64,000 bases of DNA from Ostrea edulis (taxonomy: Eukaryota). Below, piece after piece: positions 1-12,712 of this stretch. The notes beneath the pieces are model-generated. The model saw only the letters and a list, made by a program, of their open reading frames with translations, had not been told where the DNA came from and did not search any database. Made by a program: the position numbers and the translations under genes. The stretch lies in NCBI RefSeq assembly GCF_947568905.1, contig NC_079173.1, forward strand, positions 35,464,001 through 35,528,000, written 5' to 3'. The stretch's first letter is position 1, and each line of letters opens with the position of its first letter.

Positions 1-337
1 TTAAATACAAAGAAAAAACATGAACAATTTGCTACTTATGGTAACATGGAAAATACCGGTATGTATATCAAACGTAGGCCGATGGAGTGGGAAGCTCTTC
101 ACAGCATTTCCTAATTAACATTATACTAATTAATCTATACAGGTACTGATTATAAAACATGGTACATACATTTCTATCAAAATACACAACATGAACAACA
201 TATAGGCCCTCTCATCTCACATCAATGCATCTTAAAAAAAAAACTTTTCCAAAATTCAATACAAAATTCACATCTGGCCCTTTTCTAGAATATATAAACT
301 TTTCATGCACAATTCTAAAAAAAAAACAAAAACAAAA

Positions 338-339
<2 letters not shown>

Positions 340-388
<49 letters not shown>

Positions 389-575
389 GAAGATGGCCAA
401 GGTCACAAGGGCAAATATCTTGGTACCAGTAGAAAGATCTTGTCAAAATAAATGCTCATGTACAACATGAAAGCTTTAATATTTACCATTTAGAAGTTAT
501 GACCAATGTAAACAAAAAATTAAAAGTAGGTCAAATGTCAAGGTCAAAAGGTTCAATACCCACGGAAAGGTCTTG

Positions 576-611
<36 letters not shown>

Positions 612-617
612 TCACTT

Positions 618-685
<68 letters not shown>

Positions 686-721
686 GGGGTCAAAAATGTT
701 GGTACCCACGGAAAGGTCTTG

Positions 722-757
<36 letters not shown>

Positions 758-798
758 TCTCTTACTGTTCAAAAGTGATAAACAAGGTTAAAGTTTTC

Positions 799-831
<33 letters not shown>

Positions 832-867
832 GGGGTCAAAAATGTTGGTACCTACGGAAAGGTTTTG

Positions 868-903
<36 letters not shown>

Positions 904-909
904 TCATTT

Positions 910-949
<40 letters not shown>

Positions 950-1006
950 GTAGGTCAAACTCCAAGGTCAAGGTGTCAAAGATGTTGGTACCACGGAAAG
1001 GTCTTG

Positions 1007-1042
<36 letters not shown>

Positions 1043-1048
1043 TCACTT

Positions 1049-1115
<67 letters not shown>

Positions 1116-1170
1116 TACCCCCGATCTTCGATCTCAGGGGGGGGGGGGGGGGGGGGGGGGGCATAAAAAA
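340..1170 (+). mobile_element. Non-autonomous Helentron/HINE-like element with about four 146-bp internal repeats
   Basis: Starts AACAAG; GGTCAAGGTCA-containing 146-bp units (569, 715...); (ACAG)n-like microsatellite; terminal CCCCC...GGGG hairpin followed by GCATAAAAA. Confidence 0.75.
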
Positions 1171-3861
1171 AAAAAAAGAAAAAAAAAAAAGTCGGTGTGT
1201 ATACTATACAGCAAAATATATTCACTGTAAAAAATTAGAAACTCACTTTTGATATCAAATTAAATCTTGCAATAGTTAAAACAAAGGATTGGCTGGTGTT
1301 ATGTTTGTTTACTAGAATCTGCACATCAAGAATTACTGGATTTCAATTCAAACAAAATTAATTTTTACATGGCTGCAAAAGACTGGCAGATTTTTTGCTA
1401 GGTTAGTAGAATTCTCAAGCGCTGCCACATATTGGACTAATGGACAAACTTGCTTAGGGTCACTTCATTAAAATATTTGTAGTAAAGACAGTCAATCTCA
1501 TGAGAGGAAATATGCAACAGTTCCTATTGGTGGATCCAGGATTTTAAGGATGAGATGAATTCCAAAGCCTAGCTGCGACACATTTATCTTCAAAGAGGGG
1601 TACCTTTGGAAATGCTACACTTAGCTTTTGGGAGACTGGACAAAGGCTGGTGTTTTCCGATTAGATTTTGTATGAAAGTTAGCAAAATTACCAAAAGAGG
1701 TGATGTGAATTTTTCATTTCTTTTAAATTTTCACTATCTGTAACAACAAATGATTTCACTTCCGTGGAAATTTAAAGGTGGATTCTGGACTTGTACGGGG
1801 CTTTGTGCAGTCTCTAGGCAGTCTCTGAACACTTTTGTGCAGATGGAATGAAAAACCACAAAGAATATTTCTCATTTTGTGTCTCTGACTATTTTCTGTA
1901 GAAATCTTTAAATTTTACTTTTATTTTTTTTTCATATATGCCTAGTGTACACTAATACCATGTTTTTCTGGAATGTAATGTTTGTTAGTTATAAGTACCA
2001 AAGAAAAAAAAAGAAAATAAATAAATTAAATTAAAAAAAAAAACTTGGAAACTAAACTACTATGTGCTCATTATTTAAATATTTGCAGTGCTGCAATAAA
2101 AATCCAATACGATTTAGAAAATTTAAGTAAATTTACTGGGAAACAAAAGGAGGACGGAGCATATGTGTGAAAAAATTGCATATATTTAACTCGATGCCAT
2201 AAATCAGGGGGCGTCATTTCACTCACTCCTTATAAACTGTAAGGACAAAATCCCTGTCACATTTTAACACCTACATGAATTAAAACATACAATGTTCTGG
2301 CAACTGCTACTCATATTTGGAATTAATTAATCAACATATTGTCAAGATTAATTAATACAGATTTGGTAGAGTTTTCAGCAACAATGACTTTGCACAATAC
2401 ATTCATTTCCTCCAATGTAAACAGGCCATTTGGGTTTATCAGGTATAACTTGTCATGTGGTGACCCATTTTATTCTCAGAAGCAAAATTGACTGCATTGA
2501 AATTTTAACAACCTGTAAAATTTTCATATGGTATCATTTAATTTTTCTCTTGGAGAAGGCCTGTATGAATTGAAACAGATTTCGAAGTTTTACAAGAGGC
2601 GACCGCCAATGGGAGGAGATCTTGCATAAATTATCAGTCTTGTCATCCGCATTGTCATCTTCATCGTCCGATGGATCAGCATCTAGTGAGAGAGATGACG
2701 TGGAGTCCGAATCAAGCAATGTCACACTCTCCGAAGACTCCTCACAGCTGAAAATGTAGGCAGCGGCAGTCAATACAACAATATTGCTCACTCCCTTTTT
2801 TAGTACATCAACTTGGTCACATCATTTTCTGTCTTTAAATATTTTTCTTCTTTATCACAACACTTAAAAATGCCAAATATTATTCAATGTTGGAGCGTTT
2901 CTGAGATCTTTAAAACCATACCTGACTGTTAATACTATACATGTATCTACAGGGAGTTTGGTTAAAACAACACACATCATGCACTATTTCAACAAAATAC
3001 ATGCAACTGGTGTCCAGGCTGTGATTAATTCCTCGCTTTCCCTAACCATCCATTCCATCCAAGACGATTTGTAGTATTTGGCACAAGTTGGCAATTATTG
3101 AAAAAAAGACTGGACGGTGTGGATATTGTGTCTCGTGTGACGGTAAATTGTATCACTCATTCCTAAAAGTAACCCTGTGGAAAATGTGAACTTTCTGAAG
3201 ACTTTCCGTGTCTCGAGTAATGGTACATGGTACATCGTACTCTTAGGAACTTCAAAGAGGTAACCAAGTGACAAGAAAAATTATGTACAAACCCTGCACA
3301 TCAAACACCCTGAATGAGACTTTAATTGAGCAAACTTATTTGAGACCTTGCACACATTCTAACATCCTGCTCACTTACAATTCTGCACAGAATTCACCCA
3401 AAGCAATATTCAAGCAGTAATACTGCTCCTGTTTGTATCACAGATTCTATGTAGAACACTCCATGAGTATGAGCTGAAGGCAGCAATGTTTGATAATGAA
3501 CCAAGGCAAAGGATCTTGACAGTGAAGGCACAAATTGATTTCCTGTAACATACATCATAAGATGCTAAGGTACATATAAATGAAGGGCAAAGTTTCTTTA
3601 AAAGGGGACTATCCTGGAAGGGAAGCTGTACAAGTCCAATGTTAAGGCTTTCTATGATCCAGACTAGAAAAATTTCTCTGATGTCCGCAGTTGAATCCGT
3701 TTCTTTTTCCGATTAAGCTGAGCTCGCCGAACTGCATCCAAGCTAACATCGGCACTATGTCGGACTAACGGCTTCAGGACATGTCTCTGGTATCTTGCAG
3801 AATTAAACATGGGCATACTTCCATTGAAGAGTTCCTTAAGGGGAGGTAAGCGGACCGCCAG

Positions 3862-4042
3862 TCATCTGGAGGGAGTAGCAGCTTTGCTGACAGTTTGTGA
3901 AGGTGTGGGTGAGGTGAATGAAGGAGCTGACGACGAGGCGGAACTACACTGTGACAAGGTGCGGGCTGATCCCAACATGCTGTGACTGGGTGCTTTAGGA
4001 GGTTTTTTGCCCATTTTAGGCAGACCTGAGGACGATGATTGA
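3862..4042 (-). CDS. TTLL4: TTLL4 last coding exon (S/P-rich tail, ends TGA)
   Basis: Acceptor TTTTTGTCTCTCCACAG; phase 2 matches the previous exon; reads SQSSSSGLPKMGKKPPK...AATPSR*. Confidence 0.8.
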
Positions 4043-5809
4043 CTGTGGAGAGACAAAAACAATAACTGACTGGCTAAACATACAAGAACTAAACTAAATA
4101 ATACACAATGCATGTGCAGCCTCCGTCCTAATGTATCCTAACTTCATATCCAATTTCAAATTATCTCAATCAGGTTCATAATCTTATATCTCAATTAGGT
4201 TAATAATCATTAATATATACTTATATCTCAATCATTAATATATACTTAATCTAAAAAAATCTTTTATTTTTTCAACATCCTTAATGAAATCTTTCATGTA
4301 GCTGCAAGACATGCAGATTTTTAATTGAAAGTTTTCCAGATAAGAATAATTTGATTGTTTTTTTTTAATTTCACATTCTTTATGAAATCTTCCATGCAAT
4401 AATCAATCACTCTGTGACAGATGTAGAATGGAAGTTTTCCAATATATTGGAATTTTTCTAATAATTCACTTTAAAGCTATAAAAATGAGGCAGAATCGTG
4501 AGTGAGAATATCAGTGGAGAAGCTGTGAACACACAGTGGAGGAACTAAAGAAAACTTCACTGCTTGAATGGATCGATCATCTAATTAAATTCAGCTCTTT
4601 CTGACACGACTGTCATTAATTTCAAGATATGTAATAAATTCAAATTATCGAAACTTTTATTTTTCGTGTTTATAATTTAATAAACCAAAATGAATGACAA
4701 AATTGGAACAAACATACAAAAAATAAGATAGTTTACAACATTTTTATTACTTTACTTTGAACTTACCATAAGTAGATCCATCCAAACAAGTCATGTTACT
4801 AAATATCTCAACCAATAATTCTTATGTACACAAACACACAGACATATATATGTGAGTGTGAATATAACACCCTAACTGCATACAAATGCACTCTTTAAAA
4901 TCACCAGTGACGGAAAATAACAAGGTGCTCTTTCTACAAGCAAAGTGACCGGTTAGTAATGTCTTGTAAGGGAACATTGTCTATATACAAGGACGATACA
5001 GATAATCTGAAGGCAATGTTTGAGACTGTTACATGTACATGTGTATCGTTAGTAATGCAACTACATGTTGTAGTAATTGAATAAAATTAAATCAAATGTC
5101 TAAACTTGTTACCCATACAGTATAGAGTAAGAAAATTCATTCTCATTCTTAGAATTCTACAATTAATAACATTTAGGGCAGGGACTTTCTTTCTCTATTA
5201 TAGAAGGTAGCCCATATTTAAACATTTAACACCCCCCCCCCCCTAATTTCCTGAACATGAATCTCATTTTTCGGTGATTTGCGGGACTCGTATAGCTGCC
5301 TGTGCAATGCATGATGTATTACAATGAGTACTGTTCACTTTCAAATCACACGCATGTCGTGCTAATTCAGGGGTGGATCTTAAATTTTAAAACCTGATGA
5401 CATCTGACTTACATCATTTTATACAAGGGAATCAAACTGCATGCTGCCCTATATACACACACAACAATCTGTATTAAATCTACAGTCTAGGTCAGGAATT
5501 TTGTTAACAGCTCAGAAATTGTTACACTTCAATAAATAACACACGTTATATACAGAATGTGGGCGGGGTGGTTCATGCTGGTTAACATTATACATGACAG
5601 GAGTTAATCAACATCACAGGCTCCTGGTTATAGCAAAATCAAATCTTATTACACAACAATATCAGCCTAATTCAAAGTCTTTCGTTAAACTGCAAACCAT
5701 TGAAATCGTTAACATTGCCGGTACCATTCAATTTCTGCAATGCTGTATTTGCTGGTATACTTTTCAGATGGCAAAGAACCACATTTTGTTGTATTTAGGG
5801 GGCGTGTAC

Positions 5810-5907
5810 CTGTGTTTGTGTGTGCCATCCTTCTCCACATGTTTACTGGGGGCGCTGTGTGTCCTGTTTTCGCCTCGATGGCTCAAAAGACCATTGGGAG
5901 GGCACCA
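5810..5907 (-). CDS. TTLL4: TTLL4 coding exon 16
   Basis: TTTAACAG acceptor, AG|GTACAC donor; 98 nt, phase 0 to 2, which bridges the flanking exons; WCPPNGLLSHRGENRTHSAPSK... Confidence 0.75.
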
Positions 5908-5978
5908 CTGTTAAATAGTAAGAAACCCATTTCATTTTTATCTGACAATTATTTCTCAACTTTGAACAATTAAAGATT

Positions 5979-6748
5979 ATGACTGGGATTTGTGTGGATA
6001 TACCTGAAGACTGGGATTTGTGTGGATATATCTGATGATTGGGGTTTGTGTGGATATACCTAATGTCTGGGATTTGTGTGGATATATCTAATGACTGGGA
6101 TTTGTGTGGATATACCTAATGACTGGGATTTGTGTGGATATACCTAATGAATGGGATTTGTGTGGATATACCTAATGACTGGGATTTGTGTGGTATATCT
6201 AATGACTGGGATTTCACTGTGTGGATATACCTGATGACTGGGATTTGTTTGGATATACCTAATGACTGGGATTTGTGTGGATATACCTAATGACTGGGAT
6301 TTATGTGGATACATCTGATGACTGGGATTTGTGTGGATATATCTGATGATTGGGGTTTGTGTGGACATACCTAATGACTGGGATTTGTGTGGATATACCT
6401 AATGACTGGGATTTGTGTGGATATATCTAATGACTGGGATTTCACTGTGTGGATATACCTGATGACTGGGATTTGTTTGGATATACCTGATGATTGGAGT
6501 TTGTGTGGATATACCTGATGACTGGGATTTGTATGGATATATCTAATGACTGGGATTTCACTGTGTGGATATACCTGATGACTGGGATTTGTGAGGATAT
6601 ACCTGATGATTGGGATTTGTGTGGATACACCTGATGATTGGGATTTGTGTGGATACACCTGATGATTGGGATTTGTGTGGGTATACCTGATGACTGGGAT
6701 TTTTGGATATACCTGGTGACTGTGATTTTTAATATACCTGATGATTGG
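5979..6748. repeat. 28-bp minisatellite (about 27 copies, with 31-bp variants) containing the exon-15 donor site
   Basis: Plus-strand unit ATGACTGGGATTTGTGTGGATATACCTA/G; minus strand (C/T)AG|GTATAT in each unit. Confidence 0.95.
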
Positions 6749-6811
6749 GGTCCTCCGTAGGATTTTGGAGATGAAGCCCGTCCTCACAAAATCCTTCCAG
6801 CATGGCAATTC
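6738..6811 (-). CDS. TTLL4: TTLL4 coding exon 15
   Basis: GAACAG acceptor, CAG|GTATAT donor; 74 nt, phase 1 to 0; GIAMLEGFCEDGLHLQNPTEDPNHQ. Confidence 0.82.
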
Positions 6812-8147
6812 CTGTTCATATATATAGGAAGAAATATTAATAAGAAATACATGGACCAACGGATTCCACACCTTATTAATTTCCACTTCTTAAAAGAGCA
6901 TCAAGTGTTTGGGTTTGAACAGCATTTTCCCTGTACACATCTCATTTAAAGAAAACAAATCAATAACATGAGACGTCTCCAGTGAGTGAAAGATTCTCGA
7001 GAGGGACGTTAAACAATATACAATTAATCAACAACATGCAGTAATTGCCATTTCCTTAATCTATTCTGTCAAATCAAGCTGTCCTTAATTAGTGTAATTA
7101 ACATTTTTCACCAATTCATAAAACAGGCAAAGAATTACAGAGTAGCATATGAATAGTCTCTCCACACTATAAAACTTGGTTACAGCAGACACATATATAT
7201 AATGGAGATAAGCAACTCCTACAGCAGCATGTCTCCCGCTTAAAACATATGATGGTCCTACCTATAAATCGTTAATTAATTCCTATTTATTGGTTTGATA
7301 AATTGCTGCTGATTTAAGTTTATTTCACTCTTATCATAAATTGGAATTGAATGTATTAAGTTTTGAAATGATTTGAAGATCAACAAATATACTATTAACA
7401 AAAAAGTAGGCAAATCGTAAAAAATTTTCATGAAATTTTGCCGATTTTTTCAAGTTTGGGTTATGTGTCGCCTTTTGAAACTTTAATTTCATTTCACTTT
7501 GAAGTGAAACATCTTCTGAAAATATTGTATCTTGCTTGTTAGAGTGATAGGATGTGGAAGGCTTGAACTTGTCAATGACATCTTTCATTCTTGAGTTGGT
7601 ATATGTGCATGTAATTTAAATCGGAGTGTGCATTTTTATTGAAAAACGGAGGACCGCAAGGTAACATGAGAAGTTGCTAATCTCTGTTATACATGTCTCT
7701 GGTTAAAGTGAATACGCTTATAACGAATTCCTGGTTTAAACAGAGTGATATTCATTCCCTAATTAGATAAAAATAATAATTTTTACTGATTGTTTATTGA
7801 AATACAGTGGGTTGATCAAGTTCCATCAATGATAAGGCACACACCAAGCTGTCTCTGATGGTCAGCGACACTTACTCAACTGACTACACTTCTATAGACG
7901 GTCAGCAACACTTATTCAACTGACTACACTTCCAGAGACGGTCAGTGACAAACTTAAACATGATTTGTTTTTGTTAAAACCAAATGTCTCCCCAGCTCCC
8001 TAAATTAAAAGTGTTCCAAATTACACCCCCTTCCCTTAATGTACTGCATGGTATGGAGAATTTTCCACTCATGTCTCTACTTCAGATGAACAGCCAAAAA
8101 TTTTGACATGAAGTTTACAACTGTAGCTGTGAGGTTTCTTCATCATG

Positions 8148-8316
8148 CCAAGGCCTATTGCTTCTAAGGTCATATTTGAGAAACCCTCGACTTTCAATTC
8201 TAATATTCCGGATGCTTGGTAAAGGAACCGTCGCTACCTATGTTTAAGCGAATGGGCTCTAACCAGAGACTGCTGGCTGCGAATAGAGCGCACAAATGAC
8301 TAAGCTACCACCACCA
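8148..8316 (-). mobile_element. Decayed tRNA-derived SINE (head plus Meta-like core)
   Basis: Minus strand GGTGGTAGCTTAGT (A-box-like) and GGTTAGAGCCC (B-box-like), then GACGGTTCCTTTACCAAGC...GAGGGTTTCTCAAATATGACC. Confidence 0.5.
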
Positions 8317-8398
8317 GTGTGTTTCGCTGAAGGATATCCCCAGCGATTTGATATCTAAATATGTATCACTATATTTCAGTTACACAATCTTTCCGTAC

Positions 8399-8609
8399 CT
8401 TTTTGTTCCATCCTGTTAAATCTCTGAACCCACTGACTGACCAGGAGGTTGTAGTACCGTGGGGCCTCCATGTATCGCAAGTACTTGTGGGAAGATGGGG
8501 TTGGAAACACGCGCTGGAAGCAACCCTTCCTGCTGTCTTCATCGATGCACTCTGTCAGAACTCGAATATCATCTGGCGTCAAAACATCCAAAATTGACTG
8601 CAAAGTTTG
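8399..8609 (-). CDS. TTLL4: TTLL4 coding exon 14
   Basis: QTLQSILDVLTPDDIRVLTECIDEDSRKGCFQRVFPTPSSHKYLRYMEAPRYYNLLVSQW matches the conserved TTLL4 C-terminal helix region; TTTAG acceptor (an alternative TGCAG lies 12 nt downstream), G|GTACGG donor. Confidence 0.92.
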
Positions 8610-8867
8610 CTAAATCAAAACAGAAGTAGGTTTAAATAGGAGTCGATTTAGGAGACCTAACCTTTAGTCTTCTAACGGCAACTATCATCACAACAATGAA
8701 TAACAAATAAGTCCTGTATTGATGTCAGTAATTATAGTCGAGCCGCAATAATCTGGAATTTTATTCGAGGCAAGATCATTTGGAAAAATGAGACATCTTG
8801 ATTTCTGAATTGCATCTAATAAAAGAAATACAGGACATGCCAAAAGTCATGTGCAAAGGAATACCAT

Positions 8868-8871
<4 letters not shown>

Positions 8872-8906
<35 letters not shown>

Positions 8907-10749
8907 TCACCTTGGTCCATATCAGAAGATTTTCCATATCTATTTGCATGTAAAACCGTAGTCCCTATTATGGCCCCAAACCTACCCCTGGAGGCCATGG
9001 TTTTTGCAAACTTGAATCTACACTATGTCAGAAAGCTTTCATGTAAATATGAACTTCTTTGGCCCAATGGTTCTTGAGAAGAAGATTTTTAAAGATTTTC
9101 CCTATATATTTGTATGTAAAACTTTGATCCCCTATTGTGGCCCCATCCTACTCCAGGGGGGGGCTTGATTTCAACAAACCTGAATCTGCACTATATCAGA
9201 AAGCTTTCATATAAATCTCAGCTTTTCTGGCTTAGTGGTTCTGGGAAGAAGATTTTTAAAGATTTTTCCTATATATTTGTATGTAAAACTTTGACCCCCT
9301 ATTGTGGCCCCATCCGACCCCCGGGGGGCCATGATCTTAGCAATTTATAATCTGCACTATATCAGGAAGCTTTCATATAAATCTCAGCTTTTCTGGCTCA
9401 GTGGTTCTTGAGAAGTTGATTTTAAAAGATTTTTCCTATAAATTTGTATGTAAAACTTTTATGCCCCCCTTGAGGCCCCATTCAATCTCCGGGGTCCATG
9501 ATTTTAACGAACTTGAATCTGCACTATATAAAAAAAAAACAACAACAACAAAAAAACAAAAAAAACAAAAAAAAAACTTTGACCCCCTATTGTGGCCCCA
9601 TCCGACCCCCGGGGGCCATGATTTTAATAATTTAGAATCTGCATTATATAAGGAAGCTTTCATATAAATCTCAGTTATTCTGGCTTAGTGGTTCTTGAGA
9701 AGAAGATTTTTAAAGATTTTCCCTATATATTTGTATGTAAAACTTTGATCCCCTATTGTGGCCCCATCCGACCCCCGGGGGCCATGATTTTAACAATTTA
9801 GAATCTGCATTATATAAGGAAGCTTTCATATAAATCTCAGCTTTTCTGGCTCAGTGGTTCTTGAGAAGAAGATTTTTAAAGATTTTCCCTATATATTTGT
9901 ATGTAAAACTTTGACCCCCTATTGTGGCCCCATCCGACCCCCGGGGGCCGTGATTTTAACAATTTAGAATTTGTATTATATAAGGAAGCTTTCATATAAA
10001 TCTCAGCTTTTCTGGCTCAGTGGTTCTTGAGAAGAAGATTTTTAAAGATTTTCCCTATATATTTGTATGTAAAACTTTGACCCCCTATTGTGGCCCCATC
10101 CGACCCCCGGGGGCCGTGATTTTAACAATTTAAAATCTGCATTATATAAGGAAGCTTTCATATAAATCTCAGCTTTTCTGGCTTAGTGGTTCTTGAGAAG
10201 AAGATTTTTAAAGATTTTCCCTATATATTTGTACGTAAAACTTTGACCCCCTATTGTGGCCCCATCCGACCCCCGGGGGCCGTGATTTTAACAATTTAGA
10301 ATCTGCATTATATAAGGAAGCTTTCATATAAATCTCAGCTTTTCTGGCTCAGTGGTTCTTGAGAAGAAGATTTTTAAAGATTTTCCCTATATATTTGTAT
10401 GTAAAACTTTGACCCCCTATTGTGGCCCCATCCGATCCCCGGGGGCCATGATTTTAACAATTTAGAATCTGCACTACCTAATAAAGCTTATCTATAAATT
10501 TCATCTTTTCTGGCCCAGTGGTTCTTGAGAAGAAGATTTTTTAATGACCCTACCCTATTTTTACCTTTTCTTGATTATCTCCCCTTGGAAGGTGGCCTGG
10601 CCCTTTATTTTAACAATTTAGAATTCCCTTTACCTAAGGATGTTTTGTGCCAACTTTGGTTGAAATTGGCCCAGTGGTTGTTGAGAAGAAGTTGAAAATG
10701 TGAAAAGTTTACAGACGGACAGACGGACGGACGGACGCCGGAATATGGA

Positions 10750-10795
<46 letters not shown>
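8872..10795 (+). mobile_element. Helentron-type non-autonomous element carrying a 166-bp HindIII (Cg170-like) satellite array
   Basis: 5' AACAAGAGGCCC...GCTCACCTGAG; about 8 monomers with period 166 bp (9739, 9905, 10071) containing AAGCTT; (GGAC)n microsatellite; 3' GCTCACTTGAGC...CTCAGGTGAGCTAAAAA hairpin end. Confidence 0.88.
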
Positions 10796-10796
<1 letters not shown>

Positions 10797-10886
10797 CCTG
10801 AAGGATCCGGATTATTACTGTTTAGATAAATAAAGTTGGACTGAATATAATTTCAAAATATTATCATTGGATAATATGATGCCTAC

Positions 10887-10998
10887 CTCATCTTGGTGTC
10901 TTTGGCAGTAGTAAGCATGTTTGGCACGCTCATCGGGGGCAAGTATACTGGTAAACAACCTTTTGTCCATACATAAGTCATTTGGGGGATGATAGGAA
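10887..10998 (-). CDS. TTLL4: TTLL4 coding exon 13
   Basis: TTTACAG acceptor, GAG|GTAGGC donor; 112 nt, phase 2 to 0; SSYHPPNDLCMDKRLFTSILAPDERAKHAYYCQRHQDE. Confidence 0.88.
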
Positions 10999-11694
10999 CT
11001 GTAAAGGATATTGTTAGATATTACATAGTGCTCCTGTAAAGGACATTGTTAGATATTACATAGTGCCCCTGTATAGGACATTGTTAGATATTACATAGTG
11101 CCCCTGTATAGGACATTACATAGTGCCCCTGTATAGGACATTGTTAGATATTACATAGTGCCCCTGTAAAGGACATTGTTAGATATTACATAGTGCCCCT
11201 GTATAGGACATTGTTAGATATTACATAGTGCCCCTGTAAAAGATATTGTTAGATATTACATAGTGCCCCTGTATAGGACATTGTTAGAGATATTACATAG
11301 TGCCCCTGTATAGGACATTGTTAGATATTACATAGTGCCCCTGTATAGGACATTGTTAGATATTACATAGTGCCCCTGTATAGGACATTGTTAGATATTA
11401 CATAGTGCCCCTGTATAGGACATTGTTAGATATTACATAGTGCCCCTGTATAGGACATTGTTAAATATTACATAGTGCCCCTGTAAAGGATATTGTTAGA
11501 TATTACATAGTGCCCCTGTATAGGACATTGTTAGATATTACATAGTGCCCCTGTATAGGACATTGTTAGATATTACATAGTGCCCCTGTATAGGACATTG
11601 TTAGATATTACATAGTGCCCCTGTATAGGACATTGTTAGATATTACATAGTGCCCCTGTATAGGACATTGTTAGATATTACATAGTGCCCCTGA
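10999..11694. repeat. 35-bp minisatellite (about 20 copies) containing the exon-13 branch point and acceptor
   Basis: Unit CTGTATAGGACATTGTTAGATATTACATAGTGCCC; minus strand CTAAC...TACAG. Confidence 0.96.
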
Positions 11695-11861
11695 TGGGAA
11701 TTAATTGATCCCCGATGGGACTTTACAATGTTTTCTCAATCATTAATAAGGGCTGAGCTGGTAAAAGTATTAAGTGTCAGATCTATTTCATTTACAGAGG
11801 AATGGGTGTCTACCATAAACCAAAGGTGGAATATGCAACATATATGTAACATGAGATCACA

Positions 11862-12712
11862 AACAAGAGGCCCACAGGCCTTATCGGTTACCTGAGTATT
11901 AGTTTAAAGTATCACTAGCACCAAAGGCTGCGAAATCTAGAAAAAATATCCTGTTCTGAATAACTAAGCTAAATTCTAATATTCAGCAACAGTATAAATG
12001 CCCCTGAAAGTGATTATACAGATGAAAGGCTTTATATAATACATATGTAACACTAACACAATATAGCTAATTTGAACTCATCCTAGTGTAAAAACCCTGG
12101 GGTTGCAAAATTCAAAAATTTGGTACATCATGTTCTGCTTTTCCTAAATATGTATTTAGTTTTTTATACCACATTAGCAAACTTAAAGAAGCGAAATCTT
12201 TCAAATGATAAAAACAATAATCACTGATAATTTTGGTCCCACCTTAAAACCAAAGCCCTTACTACTGGGATCATGAAATTTAAAATGTGGGTAAAGGGCT
12301 GCTCATTCTAAATATCCATTTAGTTTCAATTTAGTATCAATAGTAAAAAAGAAGATATTTATAAATGTTTTACACATACACACTATATATACAAAGTTTT
12401 ACCCCAATCTGAGGTCAGAAACTCTACCCTGGGGATCATAAAATTTACAATTTTGGTTGAGGCCTCCTGCTCTACTTCACTATGCATTTAGGGTTTTTAA
12501 AATGTGCAGTTGTAGAGAAGATTTTTTTAAAATTGGTCAATGTTTGGGAGTTTTTGCCTCACCCCTAAGGCTCCAGGGGTGCAGAAGCCCTGACATTAAC
12601 AACTTAAGTCCCCCTTGTCCCAAAGATGATTCATACCAAATTTGAATAGAATTGTTCAATTGCTAATGTACAACAGACAACACATGCCAGACGCTGAACA
12701 ATTGCAATAGGA
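11862..12712 (+). mobile_element. Degenerate HINE-like element related to 8872-10795
   Basis: Starts AACAAGAGGCCCACAGGCC...CCTGAG; decayed monomers (CCCTGGGGATCATAAAATTTACAATTTTGG) and an ACAGAC tail. Confidence 0.6.

Noticed and set aside
1137-1190. Long G-run plus A-run as a G-quadruplex or poly(A) retrocopy signal
   Set aside because: Explained as homopolymer expansion of the HINE terminal hairpin and A-tail; homopolymer lengths are unreliable.
6144-6886. 171-aa and shorter minus-strand ORFs with IPVIRYIHTNP repeats
   Set aside because: Translation of the 28-bp array; the real exon 15 is in a different frame and ends at 6738.
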